DNA from: Macrostomum lignano
Taxonomy: Eukaryota
Direction of reading: 5' to 3'
Assembly: GCA_002269645.1 (NCBI GenBank)
Contig: NIVC01001924.1
Location: 62,001-126,000, forward strand
Length of the DNA stretch: 64,000 bases
How positions within the stretch are numbered: position 1 is the stretch's first letter; each line of letters begins with the position of its first letter. The translations under genes and the position numbers were made by a program. Below the pieces are notes generated by a model, which saw only the letters and a list, made by a program, of their open reading frames with translations, was not told the DNA's origin and searched no databases. Positions 34,907-48,949 of the stretch are shown here, one piece after another.

Positions 34907-36465
34907 TTAAACTTTTTTGTGTCCCTCGGCATAGACCTGATAGGCGATGCGGTCAAGATCTCGCCTGCCCTGCGACGTCAGCTGCCGGCCGCCGGCCTCG
35001 TCCTTGGCAACAAGGCCCATCGACTCGAGGCCTTGGAGACTCTTGCGGAGCGGGCCCCGGTAGCAGCGGGACGAGTGGTTGGGCCGGTGGCCACGGCGCC
35101 TCACCTTGCCGTACACCTGGGGGAATTGGGAATAGGTTACAGTAGTACAGATGAAATTCAATTTGGGTGATTCACAACTTTTTATACCAGCAATTCCAAG
35201 GTTTTCTCGACTTGAAGATCTACCTAAGAGGGTGCTGGTGGTCCACCAACTAAGGATCTGAGGCCCAGCAATTCAGGATCTGGGAGGCTGGCCCAGCAAC
35301 TGATGATCTGGGAGGCTAGTCCAGCAACTGAGGATCTGGAAGACTGGCCCAGCAACAGGATCTGGAAAGCTGGCCCAGCAACTGAGGATTTGGGAGGCTG
35401 GCCCAGCAGCAGAGAATCTGGGAGGCTGGTCCAGCAACTGAGGATCTGGGAGGCTGGCCCAGCAACTGAGGATCTGGGAGGCTGGCCCAGCAACTGAGGA
35501 TCTGGGAGGCTGGTCCAGCAACTGAGGATCTGAGAGTCTAGTTCAGCAACTGAGGATCTGGGAGGCTAGCCCAGCAACTGAGGATCTGGGAGGCTGGTTG
35601 AGCAACTGAGGATCTGGGAGGCTGGTCCAGCAACTAAGGATCTGGGAGGCTGGTCCAGCAACCGACACTCTGGGAGGCTGGTCCAGCAACTGACACTCTG
35701 GGAGGCTGGCACAGCAACTGAGGATTTGGGAAGCTGGCCCAGCAACTGGGGATCTGGGAGGCTAGCCCAGAAACTGGGGATCTGGAAGGCTGGCCCAGCA
35801 ACTGAGGATCTGGGAGGCTAGCCCAGCAACTGAAGATCTGGGAGGCTGGCCAAGCAACTGAGAATCTGGGAGGCTGGCCCAGTAACTGAGGATCTGGGAG
35901 GCTGGCCCAGCAACTGAGGATCTGGGAGGCTGGCTCAGCAACTAAGGATCTGGGAGGCTGGCCCAGCAACTGAGGATCTGGGAGGCTGGTGGCCAAGCAA
36001 CTGAGGATCTGGGAGGCTGGCCCAGTAACTGAGGATCTGGGAGGCTGGCCCAGCAACTGAGAATCTGGGAGGTTGGCCCAGCAACTGAGGATCTGGGAGG
36101 CTGGCCCAGCAACTGAAGATCTGTTACTGGGCAATTTCAAAACGAACCACCTGGAGCATGGAATATGAAAGCCATAGTAAGTCCATCACTCCCACACTCA
36201 CTTTGGTCAGAGCGCCAACTCCCACAGGGGCGCGCACGTACAGGTGGCGCAGCAGAGAGGCGGAGCGCACAAAGAACCAATCGGAATCAGCGGGCGCCAG
36301 CTCGTTGGCTGCAGACAGTTTAACAACGTCGGCCCATTCCGGCACAGCCAGCTTGCCAGTCTTCTTCAAATAGGCGGCCAGAGCTCGGACCAGCTTCTGC
36401 TGGCTGACACTTTTCACGCCAACAAATGTGTGGGCGGACTTGCCGCTTGCAGCTTGCTGTGCCAT
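34907..36465 (-). CDS. RPS19: 40S ribosomal protein S19 (eS19), 157 aa, two coding exons
   Basis: Exon 36465-36202 ([48 protein letters not shown]) with donor GTGAGT; exon 35116-34907 ([26 protein letters not shown]). An AG acceptor lies immediately before the ATG. Confidence 0.96.
35270..36122. repeat. 28-bp minisatellite filling the RPS19 intron (GAGGATCTGGGAGGCTGGCCCAGCAACT)
   Basis: About 30 units. Confidence 0.95.
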
Positions 36466-38454
36466 CTGCAAATGACAGTGTGCAGTGCAACAGTTAACTC
36501 CGTGTCATTGGGTTTATAAATGTTAAATTTAATTATTTAGCAATTTAGCAAATTTATAGGAAAGCTGCCTACTAAGCTTATGACTAGACATACTTAGTAA
36601 CAAAAAACAAAGTAAAGATTAGCATAAACAAATGTATAATAAATTTTCATCATAAAATTTGAGCATAAAAAATATGTTATTGTTTAAATTACAAACAAAA
36701 GTTTTATTATCACATCTATAAGTTTAAAAATTTTCAAAACCACTTGACCTTTGCAATAATAACACTTCACTATTGGTGATTTTGCCTGTCTCTTTGTCTT
36801 ACCATACTATCAATTTGTATAAAATAGGCAGGAAAGGCAGGAAAATAGGGCAGCACTTAGCGAGTGGGCTCAAAAGACGCGGGGCATTGGAGCGCTACAA
36901 TGATCCGAAATGGATTCTTTGATTGCACTTTAACTTGCTAACTTAAAATACAAAAAACGTTTTTTTGAGGTGGAAAAATTGGCATTTTTTCAACTTTGCC
37001 TCACTGCAATGAAAAAGGACGCGCGATAGCGCAGCCTTTGAGCTGCTGCCTAAGGTCAACAACACCTGAGGCTGTTTGATGCACTATAGTTTTTTGGGAT
37101 AAAATGTACTTTTGACATGGCTGCCTATCTGCACTTTAAAAGTATAAATTTTTAGTGCACTTTTGAGGGGGCTATTGCGTCAAGATGAAAATTTTTTTTG
37201 ATTTTTTCTTCACCAAATCACTCAATTGGATGTCAACACGTTGTCTATTTGGAAACACCAAGATCTAGCCAATTGGGCCATTAATAACTTGCCCAGGTAC
37301 CAAAAAGTGCCTAAAAACGTCAGTTTTGAAAAATTGCATCACATTTTTAAAAAGTACTCTCCAAAGTTAATAAAGTGTTTTACACTACGATTTTGAGACT
37401 TTAACACAAAGTGTCAAACATATGGAAATTTGTTTCCTAGATTTTCTAAGCATTTGGACCTACCTATGCTTAGCAGTGACCTGGAAACCAGGGAAAAAAG
37501 AGGCTGGGGGCTTTGCTGAAAATTATATGTTGTTAAGGTGAAGGAAAATTTAAAAAAACAGGGCGAATTTTTTCAAGTGTAGTGTCAAATTGTAGCTCAT
37601 TGAATGCCTGTTTGATTGATGTAAGACACTCTGGAAAAACCCTGTTAACAGGTACTTTTTACCTATTAATTAAAAATGGCTATTTTGGGTGTACAAACTT
37701 TGAAATAAAAAAATAAGAATTTTTGCACACTGATTTTTCTGCATTTTCAATATTGTTTAGCCGAATAGCTGAAGTTACACCGGTCATACACTAATATGGC
37801 TGGAAAATTCATATTTTTTAGAAAATTGCCTTTGAATTTTGAGAAGGCCACTTTTAAGCAAATTTTAAGCATACTTTTGCTAATAACTCTGCATTGGCAA
37901 GGCCTAGAAACTCAAGTTTGGTGTCTAGAATTACTAGAAATAGCACTATGGATGCACTATGCAAATAAATTAGTTTTGAAAACTAATTTTTAGGTTAACA
38001 GGTCTTAATACCTGTTTCAATACCTGTAAGAACAGGTGAAAATGCATATTTTGGTGCCTAGCAGCCACAAAAACTGTTAATATAGTTTAAAAATGCATTA
38101 GATAGATGTACCTTGATGTTGTGATTGTAACAACAAGTGACTTGCATTTGTAGATAAAGGCGTTGCGATGCAGTGAGCAGAAATGTATGAAAAAGCAACA
38201 AAAATTGTAGAAATGGCTCTTATTAGCAATAATCAATATAGTGTGTGTACTGTGGGCCTCTCTCATAAGCAAATCATAACTTAGTGGCTATGTCAACTGC
38301 CTTGAAATTGTGTGTAGCAATGTTCAAATCCAAAATAGTCTGTGTTTTTTTAATTTTATGTTTTTAGTGAACATAAATTTTTGCATTTTTTAACTTTAAA
38401 GTTTTATTTTAAGTGTTATATAAAGTTATAATTTTATATAAAGTTAGTCCACTA

Positions 38455-39150
38455 GACTTACTAATGCCAGGGGTATAGGGGGCAGCAAGACTGCCACTAG
38501 CCTTATGGAAGCCAAGGGTGTGGGGGGCAGCAATCCTCCCACTATAGCCTCACTAATGCTAGGGGTATAGGGGGCAATGAGCCCCCTTTAGCTTTACTAA
38601 TGCCAGGGGTGTGGGGGTGGTGAGCCTCCACTATAGCCTTACTAATACCAGGGGTATGAGGATGGCAAGCCCCCCACTAGCCTTACTAATGGCAGGGGTG
38701 TGCGGGGGGGGGGGCAGCAAGCCCCCTGCTAGCCATTCAAAAGCCAGAGGTATAGGGGTGGCAAGCCCCTCCACTAGCCTTACTAAAGCCAGGGGTATAG
38801 TGGATGGCGAGCCCCCACTATAGCCTAACTAAAGCTAGGGGTATGGGGCAGCAAGACCCCCACTAGCCTTATGGAAGCCAGGGGTATGGGAGGTGGTGAG
38901 CCCCCCACTATCCCACTATAGCTTTTCTAATGCCAGGGGTATGGGGGACAGCGATTCCCCCCCCCACTATGGCCTCACTAATGCACCAAGGGTATGGGGG
39001 GCGGCGTGGCAAGCCCCCCATTATAGCCTTACTAATGCCAGGAATAAAGGGGATGGTGAGCCCCCTACTAGCCTTACCAACACCAGGGGTGTGGGGGGTG
39101 GTGAGCCCCCCACTAGCCTTACAAAAGCCAAGGGTGTGAAATCAGCTAGC
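38455..39150. repeat. Degenerate 42-45-bp G/C-tract minisatellite (ACTAGCCTTACTAATGCCAGGGGTATAGGGGGCAGCAAGCCCCC)
   Basis: About 15 units with G4-5 runs and complementary C runs. Confidence 0.85.
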
Positions 39151-40758
39151 CCCCCCTCCTACTTGTAGCCTTTTCTACCCAACTGCAAAGTCGAACAGGT
39201 GAGCATATAATAACTGAATATAGCTTTGTAGTTTGTTTTTAATTTAGGCCATAAAAGATAAAAACACATATAACCATTGTATTACCTTTGAAGACGACAG
39301 CGTCTTCATTCACTAGTTTTCTACCTTGGCCTACTAACTGGACTTAAGTTAAGAGTCAAAGTTTTAAAGGTTAGGCTATTAAACTTAATAGTCAAGAAAG
39401 TGGTAAATAGGCTACTTTTTGGCACATTTTGTGCAAAAGAAGAAATAAGAACTTAAAACTTAGGGCTTTAGCCAAAGTTGTTATAGTTGAGATCACCATA
39501 AATAGGTTATGAAAAAACAACAAATTATCTAAATCAACATTATTTGGTATAGGACAATGTTGCATTTACTAAATTGTCATACTATATTGTATTCAATGCA
39601 TTAGCTATATACTAGGGGAGACAAACCTCATACATTGTGGTTCCTTAAGAAAGAAAGCCAGTATCAAATAGTAAGAGTTCCGAGTAAATATTATTGAAGA
39701 TTGTTTTCAGAGTTGATTTATTTTCTAAAGTGAAGTGAAGTAGACAGAAGTTTATGCAGTATATACTACTGAGAAGTGGAAGTAGTAAGAGAATGCAAAG
39801 TAGATCCTAAATCGACACATCTAAGAATAACCAAAGGCCGTGACCCTCTGATCTTGGTAATGCCCAGGATTAGAAGTATATCCCACACATCTACCAGTAA
39901 GCCAATATACTGCTCAGGCCAGAATAATAGTAGAACACTACCATAACAATAGAATGCAACTTTTTATATTAAGAATAATACTCAGACAACTACTCAAACT
40001 CTAAACAAAGTTTTAACAAAGTTAAATAAAGTTAAAAAGTTTGTTATGTCATATTTAGTTGAACTAGACATTGTATTAGTATGTCACCCAGAAAAGTATA
40101 TAGTAGTCCGACATTGTAGTAATATACCACCAAGAAAAGTATGCTGCTTTTCTATGTAGGTAGGTATCAAATAGGGCCCTAGATGTTCTCTCAGAATCCT
40201 AGTCCTTTCAACTCAGTCCCTTTTAAAAAACAGCGATTGCTGGTTTTTGCCATAGATATAGCTTAAAGGCCATAGACATAGCTATCTCAAACTAGTAACT
40301 ATAGTCAGTGGGTTTATATTTTGTGTGCCAAGTGTATATATGCACACTAAATTTAAAAATCACACTTTGAAATTGAAAAGTGGGTGCAGTTTAGGTGCCA
40401 TCTTACAACTTATTTTTCTATTAAAGCTATATTCACATTGCCTTAAAATAATAATAAGAGAAATTGCACTTTGAGCCTTAAAATTGCATTATAAAAGAGA
40501 GCATAAGGTGTGATTTTGCACTTTGTCTCTAGCAAAAAAAGAAAACACTGACTATAGTATAGAAATAAAATCAACATTTGTTTGCCATGTAATTACCACA
40601 TCTTATATTTGCATGAGTTCAAATACTTACTCAAGGTAACTAACAAAGTTGCTATTTTTCTAAAAAATAATTAAGGGCAAGGCTAAGAGTGCAAAACTAG
40701 AGGATTGCCCAATTATGAATATAATCATTTTAACCATACCTGTGAAAGAAACCCTAAT

Positions 40759-41125
40759 GCAATTTTGGGTAAACTGCAGGAGTTACTATGATTACATACA
40801 TGCGCAACAGTTGGCCGATCCGGCTGACCAATTTGGCAGCCAACCATGGAAAAATGCAAAAATGCCCACCCGAAAAACACCAAGTAGTAGCACTAAGTAG
40901 CTGACGAGGCATTTTGGGTTTATAAGACAGTTATAGTTACTCCTGCTGTTTACCCAAAGTTGCGTTAATTGCGTTTTACATGTAAGTCACATTTTTGGCC
41001 AATAAATAGGCCTAGGCCTACATCACATTTTTGTTAAAACTAAGTTGCACGGCTGACCAAATTTTGGAGGTTGCGCATGTATGTATGATTATCTTATAAG
41101 GGCTAAATGCCTCGTCATCTAATTA
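40759..41125. repeat. Three interleaved inverted-repeat pairs (A-B / C-A' / B'-C')
   Basis: A 40759-40788 vs 40934-40963 (27/30); B 40793-40808 vs about 41070-41085 (16/16); C about 40875-40927 vs about 41092-41125. Confidence 0.75.
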
Positions 41126-44100
41126 GTACTATGTCTGTATTCTTTAGGCTGGGAATTTTTTGCAACTTATCCCTGGTCCACCACAATTTATGGTGGCCAG
41201 ATTGGCCAGGTCGGCCAGCAGTTGCAGATGTATGATTTTAACTATATCTTAACTTGACATAAACATATAGTAAGTACATGGCAATATGGCATAGATTCCT
41301 TTGATTAATAATTAGGCATAATATAGGAATTTTGCTTCTTTGCTGACCTTCTTGCTACAATACATTGCTAGGTTAGACCTAGTATAACCAAGACAACTAT
41401 AGGCCTATGGCTATACCAAGATAGCCATAAATCTAAATATCTAAATTGATAATTAATAGACCTAAGTCTAAGACTCGGTATATTTTTTTCATTTCCTATA
41501 TGTAGGCCTATAGGCCCCTATTTGGCAAATATGAAGTTTGTAATTGTAGGCTAGTTTGCTATCAACTTATTAAAAAGATAACCATATCATTATCAAGGAA
41601 AAGAATCAGAAGATAATAGTTAGGTTTTAGTAATGCCGCCAGTATGCTGTAAGGTTTACTGGTTTATACAGAGCTTGCGTGCGCGGCAGCCGTCCACATA
41701 GTGTTTTAATTGCGTGAACGTCAGGTCTGCATCTTAGTGAATGAGGTGGTTTGAAAAGATAGATACTTCGGGCAGTAGTAGTAGTAGTAAGTTTGGCTCA
41801 GGCAGGAAGCCTGTTTGGCCAATATATTTCAATGTATTTAATAGATCAAGAGTAGAAGGAAATATTTATGATAAGTACCCGTGCCCAGTTAAAGTCAAAA
41901 CTGGGGAGTCAGAAAATGTAGAAAAAAATTGTTGTTTCAATGGGTAATTTTTTATACAATTTTTTATATTTCCGTTAAGTGGTCTCAAAAAAACATTTTT
42001 AAAGCACAAAATACACCTCTTAATAAATTTCCTACCCATTTGTTAATCTTCACTTTTACGGAACTGTACGGACGCAGAATCAGAAACTAAATATAGTATT
42101 CTAAAAATAAATGTTTTATACAAACCCGTAAAAGTAGTTTTTATCTGAAAAAAATTAGGTAAATATTGTAATAGATATTTTTTTAATAAATATTAAGCTG
42201 GATTTTGTTTAACTGCTTACTTTGTTTACGTCGCGTCTGTTTGTGTTCTGAAATACTCTCGTTAATTTAGTTATCAGTTTCATGTTAATAAGTACTTTAT
42301 TATTGAATATTGATGTTTGGCCTGGTTCTTCTTACGGATGTGAAATATCAGCAAACTTTTTTGGATTGAATTAAATATGAGATTTAGACATTGATTACTG
42401 ACTTCTGTATTTCAAGCATTGCAAACGTCTAGCATCAATTTTCTGCTTATCTAATTTATGAACAATAATCGATCGAGGATTCTAGATATATGCTTTATTT
42501 TATAAGCCACGGCTTATGAATAGGCAAATGACTCATGAAACTGAGGTTTAAATAATTTTACTGAATAGAATGACAAATAAAGGTGTCTATCAAGTTTTTT
42601 TATAAAATAGCTTATCCACCCACGATCTTGTTTAACTATATTTTTGTTCTGAGGCATAATTTGTAGTCTAGTTCAGATTGCTATTTATATTTAACTGTCC
42701 GTGTCTTAGGCCTATTTGATTTTTTGCTAATGACGTAGTAATAAAAAATATAATGTAAATATAAAATTTTGTACATCTTTACAGCTTAGAATTACTTCGA
42801 AACTGATATATGCTTTTTTACAAAAGCCATTGGGCCTTAGCTAAGTGATAATCTACCTTATGATTACTGATAATGATACTGTTTATTATAGCCATCACCA
42901 TCACTATGCACTTTTAAGTATATATATAATTTAAATTGCTAAATAATTAACAAGTAGCAAGTAAAACAGGTAATAACTTTTTTTAAACTTTAACTTTCTA
43001 GTTTCATATAATTTGCAATGTAAAAAGCTATATAAAATGTGACTTGCACTATTCTTTAAAATGTATAATTGCAATATGTTTTCATTTGCATTATCTGTTA
43101 CATTTATTTCATTTAAAACTCACATTATGAGCTTTAAGAACTTAGAACATGTTAAAAGTTGAAAATGCAAAACCTGATATATTTGCTTTTTAAAAAATTA
43201 GAATATAGCATTATTTTATTATATATTTTATTGTTACAAACTGGCTTTAAATGCCTAGCAGGAGTGTTTCCTTTTATACTATTGTATATTTAATATACCA
43301 ATAAATTCTTAACTTGCTTTAGTAGAAGTTTTTTAGACTTAAATGTAAGTAAAATATGTTAAATGTTTTTCACTTTAATTTCAGCCATGCCAGGACTTCT
43401 TTGGGAGATCTTCTCAGCTGCATTTTATGATATGCCTTTCATTCTGAGCTCTAAACCTGAGGCCTTACTTAAACAATGAAACTGGTGGACTTGCTGTATG
43501 TTACCTTTACATTTGGTTGAGTGAGTCTAGTGCTTTCTCCATGAACCAACCTGATCTGTCTGAGCAACCTGTTGCAATGTTGGCAACTCCTGCACCTAGC
43601 AGGCCACTTCTGCCCACAACTGGTTCAGGTGCTGCGCTACTACTTTTGGATTCTGGCACCCAAGATTCTGGTGGCTATGTGGCCTACATTTTCTCTCAGA
43701 CCACAAGACACACCTTTTTAGAACCTTATGTTTTATAGTGTGTTTTATTGTATGGGCCTAGTGGCTATACCAAAAATCTTGTTTTGCATTTAAAGTTAAT
43801 AAAACTTCTGCTTCAGGAATTTATTACTTGTGCCTAAAAATTCTAAAACCTATTTCTGTTGCCTGTTCATCTTTTTCACTAAATCAAGAGGCATTAAGAG
43901 CTTCATTTAGAGCTCTGTGAGATTCACATCTGTATTGAAACTGTTTGGATAGGAGCATAACCATGCCCCCCACCCAGATATCTTTTTTACCCTTCTTGAG
44001 GTAGCCATATTGATTTTCTGTTCTGGTCTGTGCAGACTGCTCTATACGTCCATGGCCATAGATTAAAATATTTGAACTGATGCTGCTTTATTAATAAAAC

Positions 44101-47084
44101 TTTTTATTATCAGATCAATGTGTTTGGGAAGTCGTGTTTTAAATTGTAGGCTCGTTTACTCGTATATTTGTTGAAATTAAGCAAGAGCTCGTCAATCGTT
44201 TCGCGCTTGTTCCTGCAGTCTATCAATTGTGGGTCTGTAAGCCAAGCATATACCCATAAACTAATACGTGGCTGCTGGCAGCCACACATCACAGGTACAT
44301 AGCTGGTTGAGCTTAAAAAGCACTTATTAATTATATAAGGAGTATGCTATAGCCAAAATAAAAGCATCCTAGCTTTCAAAGCTAGAACGTTACAACGCTA
44401 CCACGCTGAAGAGGGCTCATACTCTCATGCCAGAGCGAACGCAGAAAAGTCGATACAAAAGAGGCCAAATTGCAACGTATTGCAGCACATACTGCCAGTG
44501 TTCTCAAACTCTGCTCGAGCAGCTCAGATTGGCCCTGCTGAAACTGAAGTGCAGCATACTGCCAGACTGTGCTCAAAATCTGCTTGTGTCGAACAAAGCT
44601 GAGTGACAGAGTCCAACTTGCAGCGATGTGCCAGACTGGATTCTGATCGACTACCCGCCAAACATAAGAGGTGGGGTTCTCTACAATGGTTGTCAATTAT
44701 GTCGACACAAGTTGTTGCTGCGTGTAGCGATTTGTAGCGATTTTTATTTTCATTCCGTTTCCGAACAGCTGAAAGGTACATCTGTGGAGATGAACATTTT
44801 ATTATTAGAGAGATAATGAGTGAACGCTTTGTCTGTATTTTTTGCTGTCTTCTTTCTATTCCAATAGGATTCTAGCACCATGCAGATTTCAAGATATTAA
44901 ATTATGAGTTCCAAGTTATTTAAGCATGATTACATAGTCTTTTACAATGCTATAACCTTCATGATGCCCCAAAATTATTGATCCTAGGTAAATCTGATGT
45001 CAGTTAAGCAGACCAATGAATTTAAAGTAAATTTAAAGTCAATCAGACCTGATTATTTGGTGTTAGTTAGTGAAATCTGATTAATCTGGTGATCTTAGAC
45101 TAGAATTGCTAGTCATAAAAAATTTTAAGTGATGGTCAATAAAAAGATGTTTAAAGTAATTTTTACAAAATTTACCTCAACTTATTCAGTATGAAATAAG
45201 CATAATAACTATCATTAAAAATAACTAAAGCCTAATTCATTACAAATTATACATTAAATGGCAATAAAATTATATTAGGTTGTCCATGCTGCAAAGCCAA
45301 AAAAATGCTTCTTTATAGGGTTCTTTGCAGTGCCTTGATGAAATATCTAAGCTTTTCATTGTACATGCTCCACACAGTGGGCTTCCGGAGAAAAAAATCA
45401 TGACAAAAACTAACATTTATGGCATTTAAGAGCCAACAAAGAGTACCATTTAGTAAAGAAAAAAAATGCTTCAAGCTTGGTAGGTGTGTAATAACATATT
45501 TCAGTTCTAAAAGCTGGCAATTATTCATTTTGATGCAACAGACTACTGGAGAAAATCACTTTATGCTCTCTAACTATTAAAAAGTATTTTTATATTGTTA
45601 TGGAATGTTATACAATAAGTAATATATTATGCTTTTTCAATAAAAAGCATCGATTTTATGCTAAATTATTTTCTAAAATGTAAAAGTGAATAATCCAATT
45701 GGATACATCAATTTAGATTAGTTTTTAACATATTCTCATATGAGCATATAGGTGGGATGTCATAATCAATGTTTACTACCAAAACGAAGAATATTCGAAC
45801 TACAGTAAGGTTTATACAAATAAAACATTACTCATGCATGCATTTAATGCAAATTAACTCAAAACTTTCACCATCTATATTAATTCCTACATTTTTAGCC
45901 CTTATTTGTAAATTATATAGATTTTTTTTCACACGTGTTCAACGTGGTTGAATTTCCGCCAAAAAAATTATCGCTGAAAAGGACATATTTTGTCTTTTAG
46001 AGGAGCGAAAAAGACTAATTTTACTTAGATTATAGTAAAATTATTTATAATTCACAGTTTAATGCAAGATTTAACCGGCCATACTCATTAGAAAACAGAT
46101 ACAATTTGGTATTACAAAGTTTGAATGGTGTAAACTCGCGATGCCCTCGTTTTGACTTTGCCCCCTGGGCTGTAGCGATTTTAGCAAATTTGAATTGCCG
46201 CCTACGTTGAGTTCGAACGAATCAAGCCGGAAGATCGCGCAGTCAATCTCAGAAACCGGATTACTCCGTCTGCCGGGGTCCTTAATTCTGGGGGGAGTGT
46301 TGTTGAAGTCATAGTCGAGTGGTCGTAAATGGGCGTCGTTCAAGTTGGGTCCTATGATACCGAAGTTTAATGTGCGTCGATTTGCGTTGAAACTTACTAA
46401 GAGTAGCGTAGGCCTGGAACATTTGATTATCAGAAGCTTGCTTGGAGTTGAGAATTGGGTTATTTTACGCCCCACGAAAAATCATATAAGATAAAGCTAT
46501 GGGCTTATTCAACAAAGATCAGTTTAACCGGATTTAACTGGATAATCGGGTTAATTCGGTAGTTGTAGACACGAGCTAGTTTGTTGCATGCTTTTTTTAC
46601 TTGTCAATTTCTTAAAGTGAATTATAATATCTGCTTTTCAAACTGCATTCGTAAATTCACGCGCATTTGTGTCATCACATCAAGTGCAATTGCTTTAATA
46701 ACTTCATAACAATAAAAAATAAATTTTCCGACGAATAAAGACCTTTTAATTAACGAACGAACAAATCGAACAAATTATTCATAATATAATCTGTGAAAAT
46801 TGGTTAAAAATACATTAGCCAACCGGGCCGCAAGGAACAAAGAGAAGACGCAGGGGTGGCGGCGAAAAAGCGGGCGCAACGAGCCCATCGAGAGCGAGTC
46901 AAACCGATTGTAAATTCGGAAATCAAAATTAAAGTGTTACAAGCACAGGCGTAAAAGCAGAGGGATAAAAGCAGAAGAGAAATGCAGATCCCCAAAACTC
47001 CCAAGAAAACGAGAGGTGAAGGTTACCCAGAAGGAAGGTGGGATGCCAGCCGAAGCGGCCCGCTGCGCTCCACCGCGATGGCGG

Positions 47085-47600
47085 AATTGGTACCGCGCTC
47101 TACCGCGCTGCTCGTCCAGTCGCCGACCCGCATGATAGCGTCGGGGATGCTGGCATTCGCGGCGGACTTGGCGCCCCCCCCCCCCGCCGCAACGATCGAG
47201 TGCCCGCGGAAAAGCTGGCTAGCTCTGAATACCCAGCCGCCCGCAGGGCCGTCTCCAGCCGCCTGGCAAAGGTGCGCGCGGTGAGCGGCGCGAGAGCTCC
47301 ACGCCTGCGGGCCCCGAAGAGATGATGCTGAGCATCTTGTGGATGGTTTGATGAGCAGCTGCTTCTCGAGCGCTGCAACCGGCCGGCAAAGTTGATTGCC
47401 GACTTGGAGCCGCGACAGAAAGACACGGTGCTGGTGCGCACCAAACTGGCTGGTTTTCGACCTTGGAATGACGAGAATATAGCGCCGGCACTAGCCGGCC
47501 TGATGCAGCTCGCGCTGAGGTCCCGAAGGAGTTCAAACCAACCGGCGACGCACAGATTGGCCCGCAGCGGTGTCGGAATTCATATTTCAAAGTGGGGAAG
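47085..47600 (-). mobile_element. Tyrosine recombinase C-terminal fragment of a DIRS/Ngaro-type retroelement, frameshifted
   Basis: Minus strand peptides LRANL, HLF..PLTARTFARRLETAL, RSLRRGG and SIPDAIMRVGDWTSSAVERY. Confidence 0.8.
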
Positions 47601-48044
47601 GGGCTATTGGTGGGAGGGCACATTGTACATGATATTTTTTAATCTAAGGGCAACCAAACTCTTGCTGTTATGTTAGTTTGTGACATTAATTGTGACAACC
47701 AGGCCAATATTCAATGCTGTGTCCGGAATTAAAGTAGCCAAAAGTCTTAAAATGCTCGAATTTTCAACTAATTCAAACATTGCTCAACTGCACTGCACTG
47801 CACTATCAATTTATTTATTAATATCTCAAGTGATGAAAATTGCCAGGGCAATACCAGTAATTTTCTGGATCTCTTGGCTGCCTCTTTCAGTTCCTCTTGG
47901 CGCTATCTCTTTATTCTTTTAGCTGAAAGCATTTTAGTGCTTTTAGTTGCAGCGCCAGCAGCGGTTTAAGTCTTGGGATTGCGGCGGACTCGGAATTTCG
48001 ATCAGAGATGCCAAAGTACGAGCTAAAAGAGCTGAATACTAAAA

Positions 48045-48115
48045 CAGGGGTTAGCAAACTCCGGCCTGAGGGCCAAATGTGGCCCGCAAAGCCTCTCTAT
48101 CCGGCCCTTGGGTCC
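48045..48115 (+). mobile_element. Terminal fragment of a hAT-like DNA transposon
   Basis: CAGGGGTTAGCAAACT-CCGGCCTGAGGGCCAAATGTGGCCCGC resembles the CAGGGGT..CAAACT ends of hAT/Charlie elements. The other end was not found. Confidence 0.55.
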
Positions 48116-48164
48116 TTTAAATCTTCACAATAGGAATCCGGCCTGCTCTATGTTTGTGTCTCTT

Positions 48165-48948
48165 CTCATATTCTCCTCTCCTCTCCTCTAATCTCCTTTC
48201 CTCTCCTTTCCTCTCCTCTCATCCCTTCTCTCCTCTTCTCTCCTTTCCTCTCCTCTCCTCTCCTCTCCTCTCATCTCCTCATCTCTCTCCTCTCCTTTCC
48301 TCTCCTCTCCTCTCCTTTCCTCTCCTTTCCTCTCCTCTCCTCTCCTTTCCTCTCCTCTCCTCTAATCTCCTTTCCTCTCCTCTCCTCTCCTCTCCTCTCC
48401 TCTCCTCTCCTCTCCTCTCCTCTCCTCTCATCTCCTCATCTCTCTCCTCTCCTTTCCTCTCCTCTCCTCTCCTTTCTTCTCCTTTCCTCTCCTTTCCTCT
48501 CCTCTCCTCTCCTCTCGTCTCCTCTCCTCTCCTCTCCTCTCCTCTCCTCTCCTTTTCTCTCCTCTCCTTTCCTCTCCTCTCCTCTCCTCTCCTCTCCTCT
48601 CCTCTCCTCTCCTTTCCTCTCCTCTCCTCTCTTCTCCTCTCCTCACCCCTCTCCTCTCCTTTCCTCTCCTCTCTTCTCCTCTCCTCTCATCTCCTCATCT
48701 CTCTCCTCTCCTTTCCTCTCCTCTCCTCTCCTTTCTTCTCCTCTCCTCTCCTTTCCTCTCCTCTCCTCTCCTCTCCTCTCCTCTCCTCTCCTCTTCTCTC
48801 CTCTCCTCTCCTCTTCTCTCCTCTCCTTTCCTCTCCTCTCCTCTCCTCTCCTCTCCTCTCCTCTCCTTTCCTCTCCTCTCCTCTCCTCTCCTTTCCTCCC
48901 CTCTCCTCTCCTTTCCCCTCCTCTCCTTTCCTTTCCTCTCCTCTCCTC
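48165..48948. repeat. (TCTCC)n pentanucleotide polypyrimidine tract
   Basis: About 780 bp of almost pure C/T. Confidence 0.97.
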
Positions 48949-48949
48949 G

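Noticed and set aside
44382-44816. Short ORFs in a moderately GC-rich patch with an internal near-repeat
   Set aside because: No recognisable domain, splice pattern or consistent frame.
46071-46475. 134-aa minus-strand ORF
   Set aside because: No motif recognised and no clear splice sites. It could be an exon or TE remnant but cannot be supported by eye.
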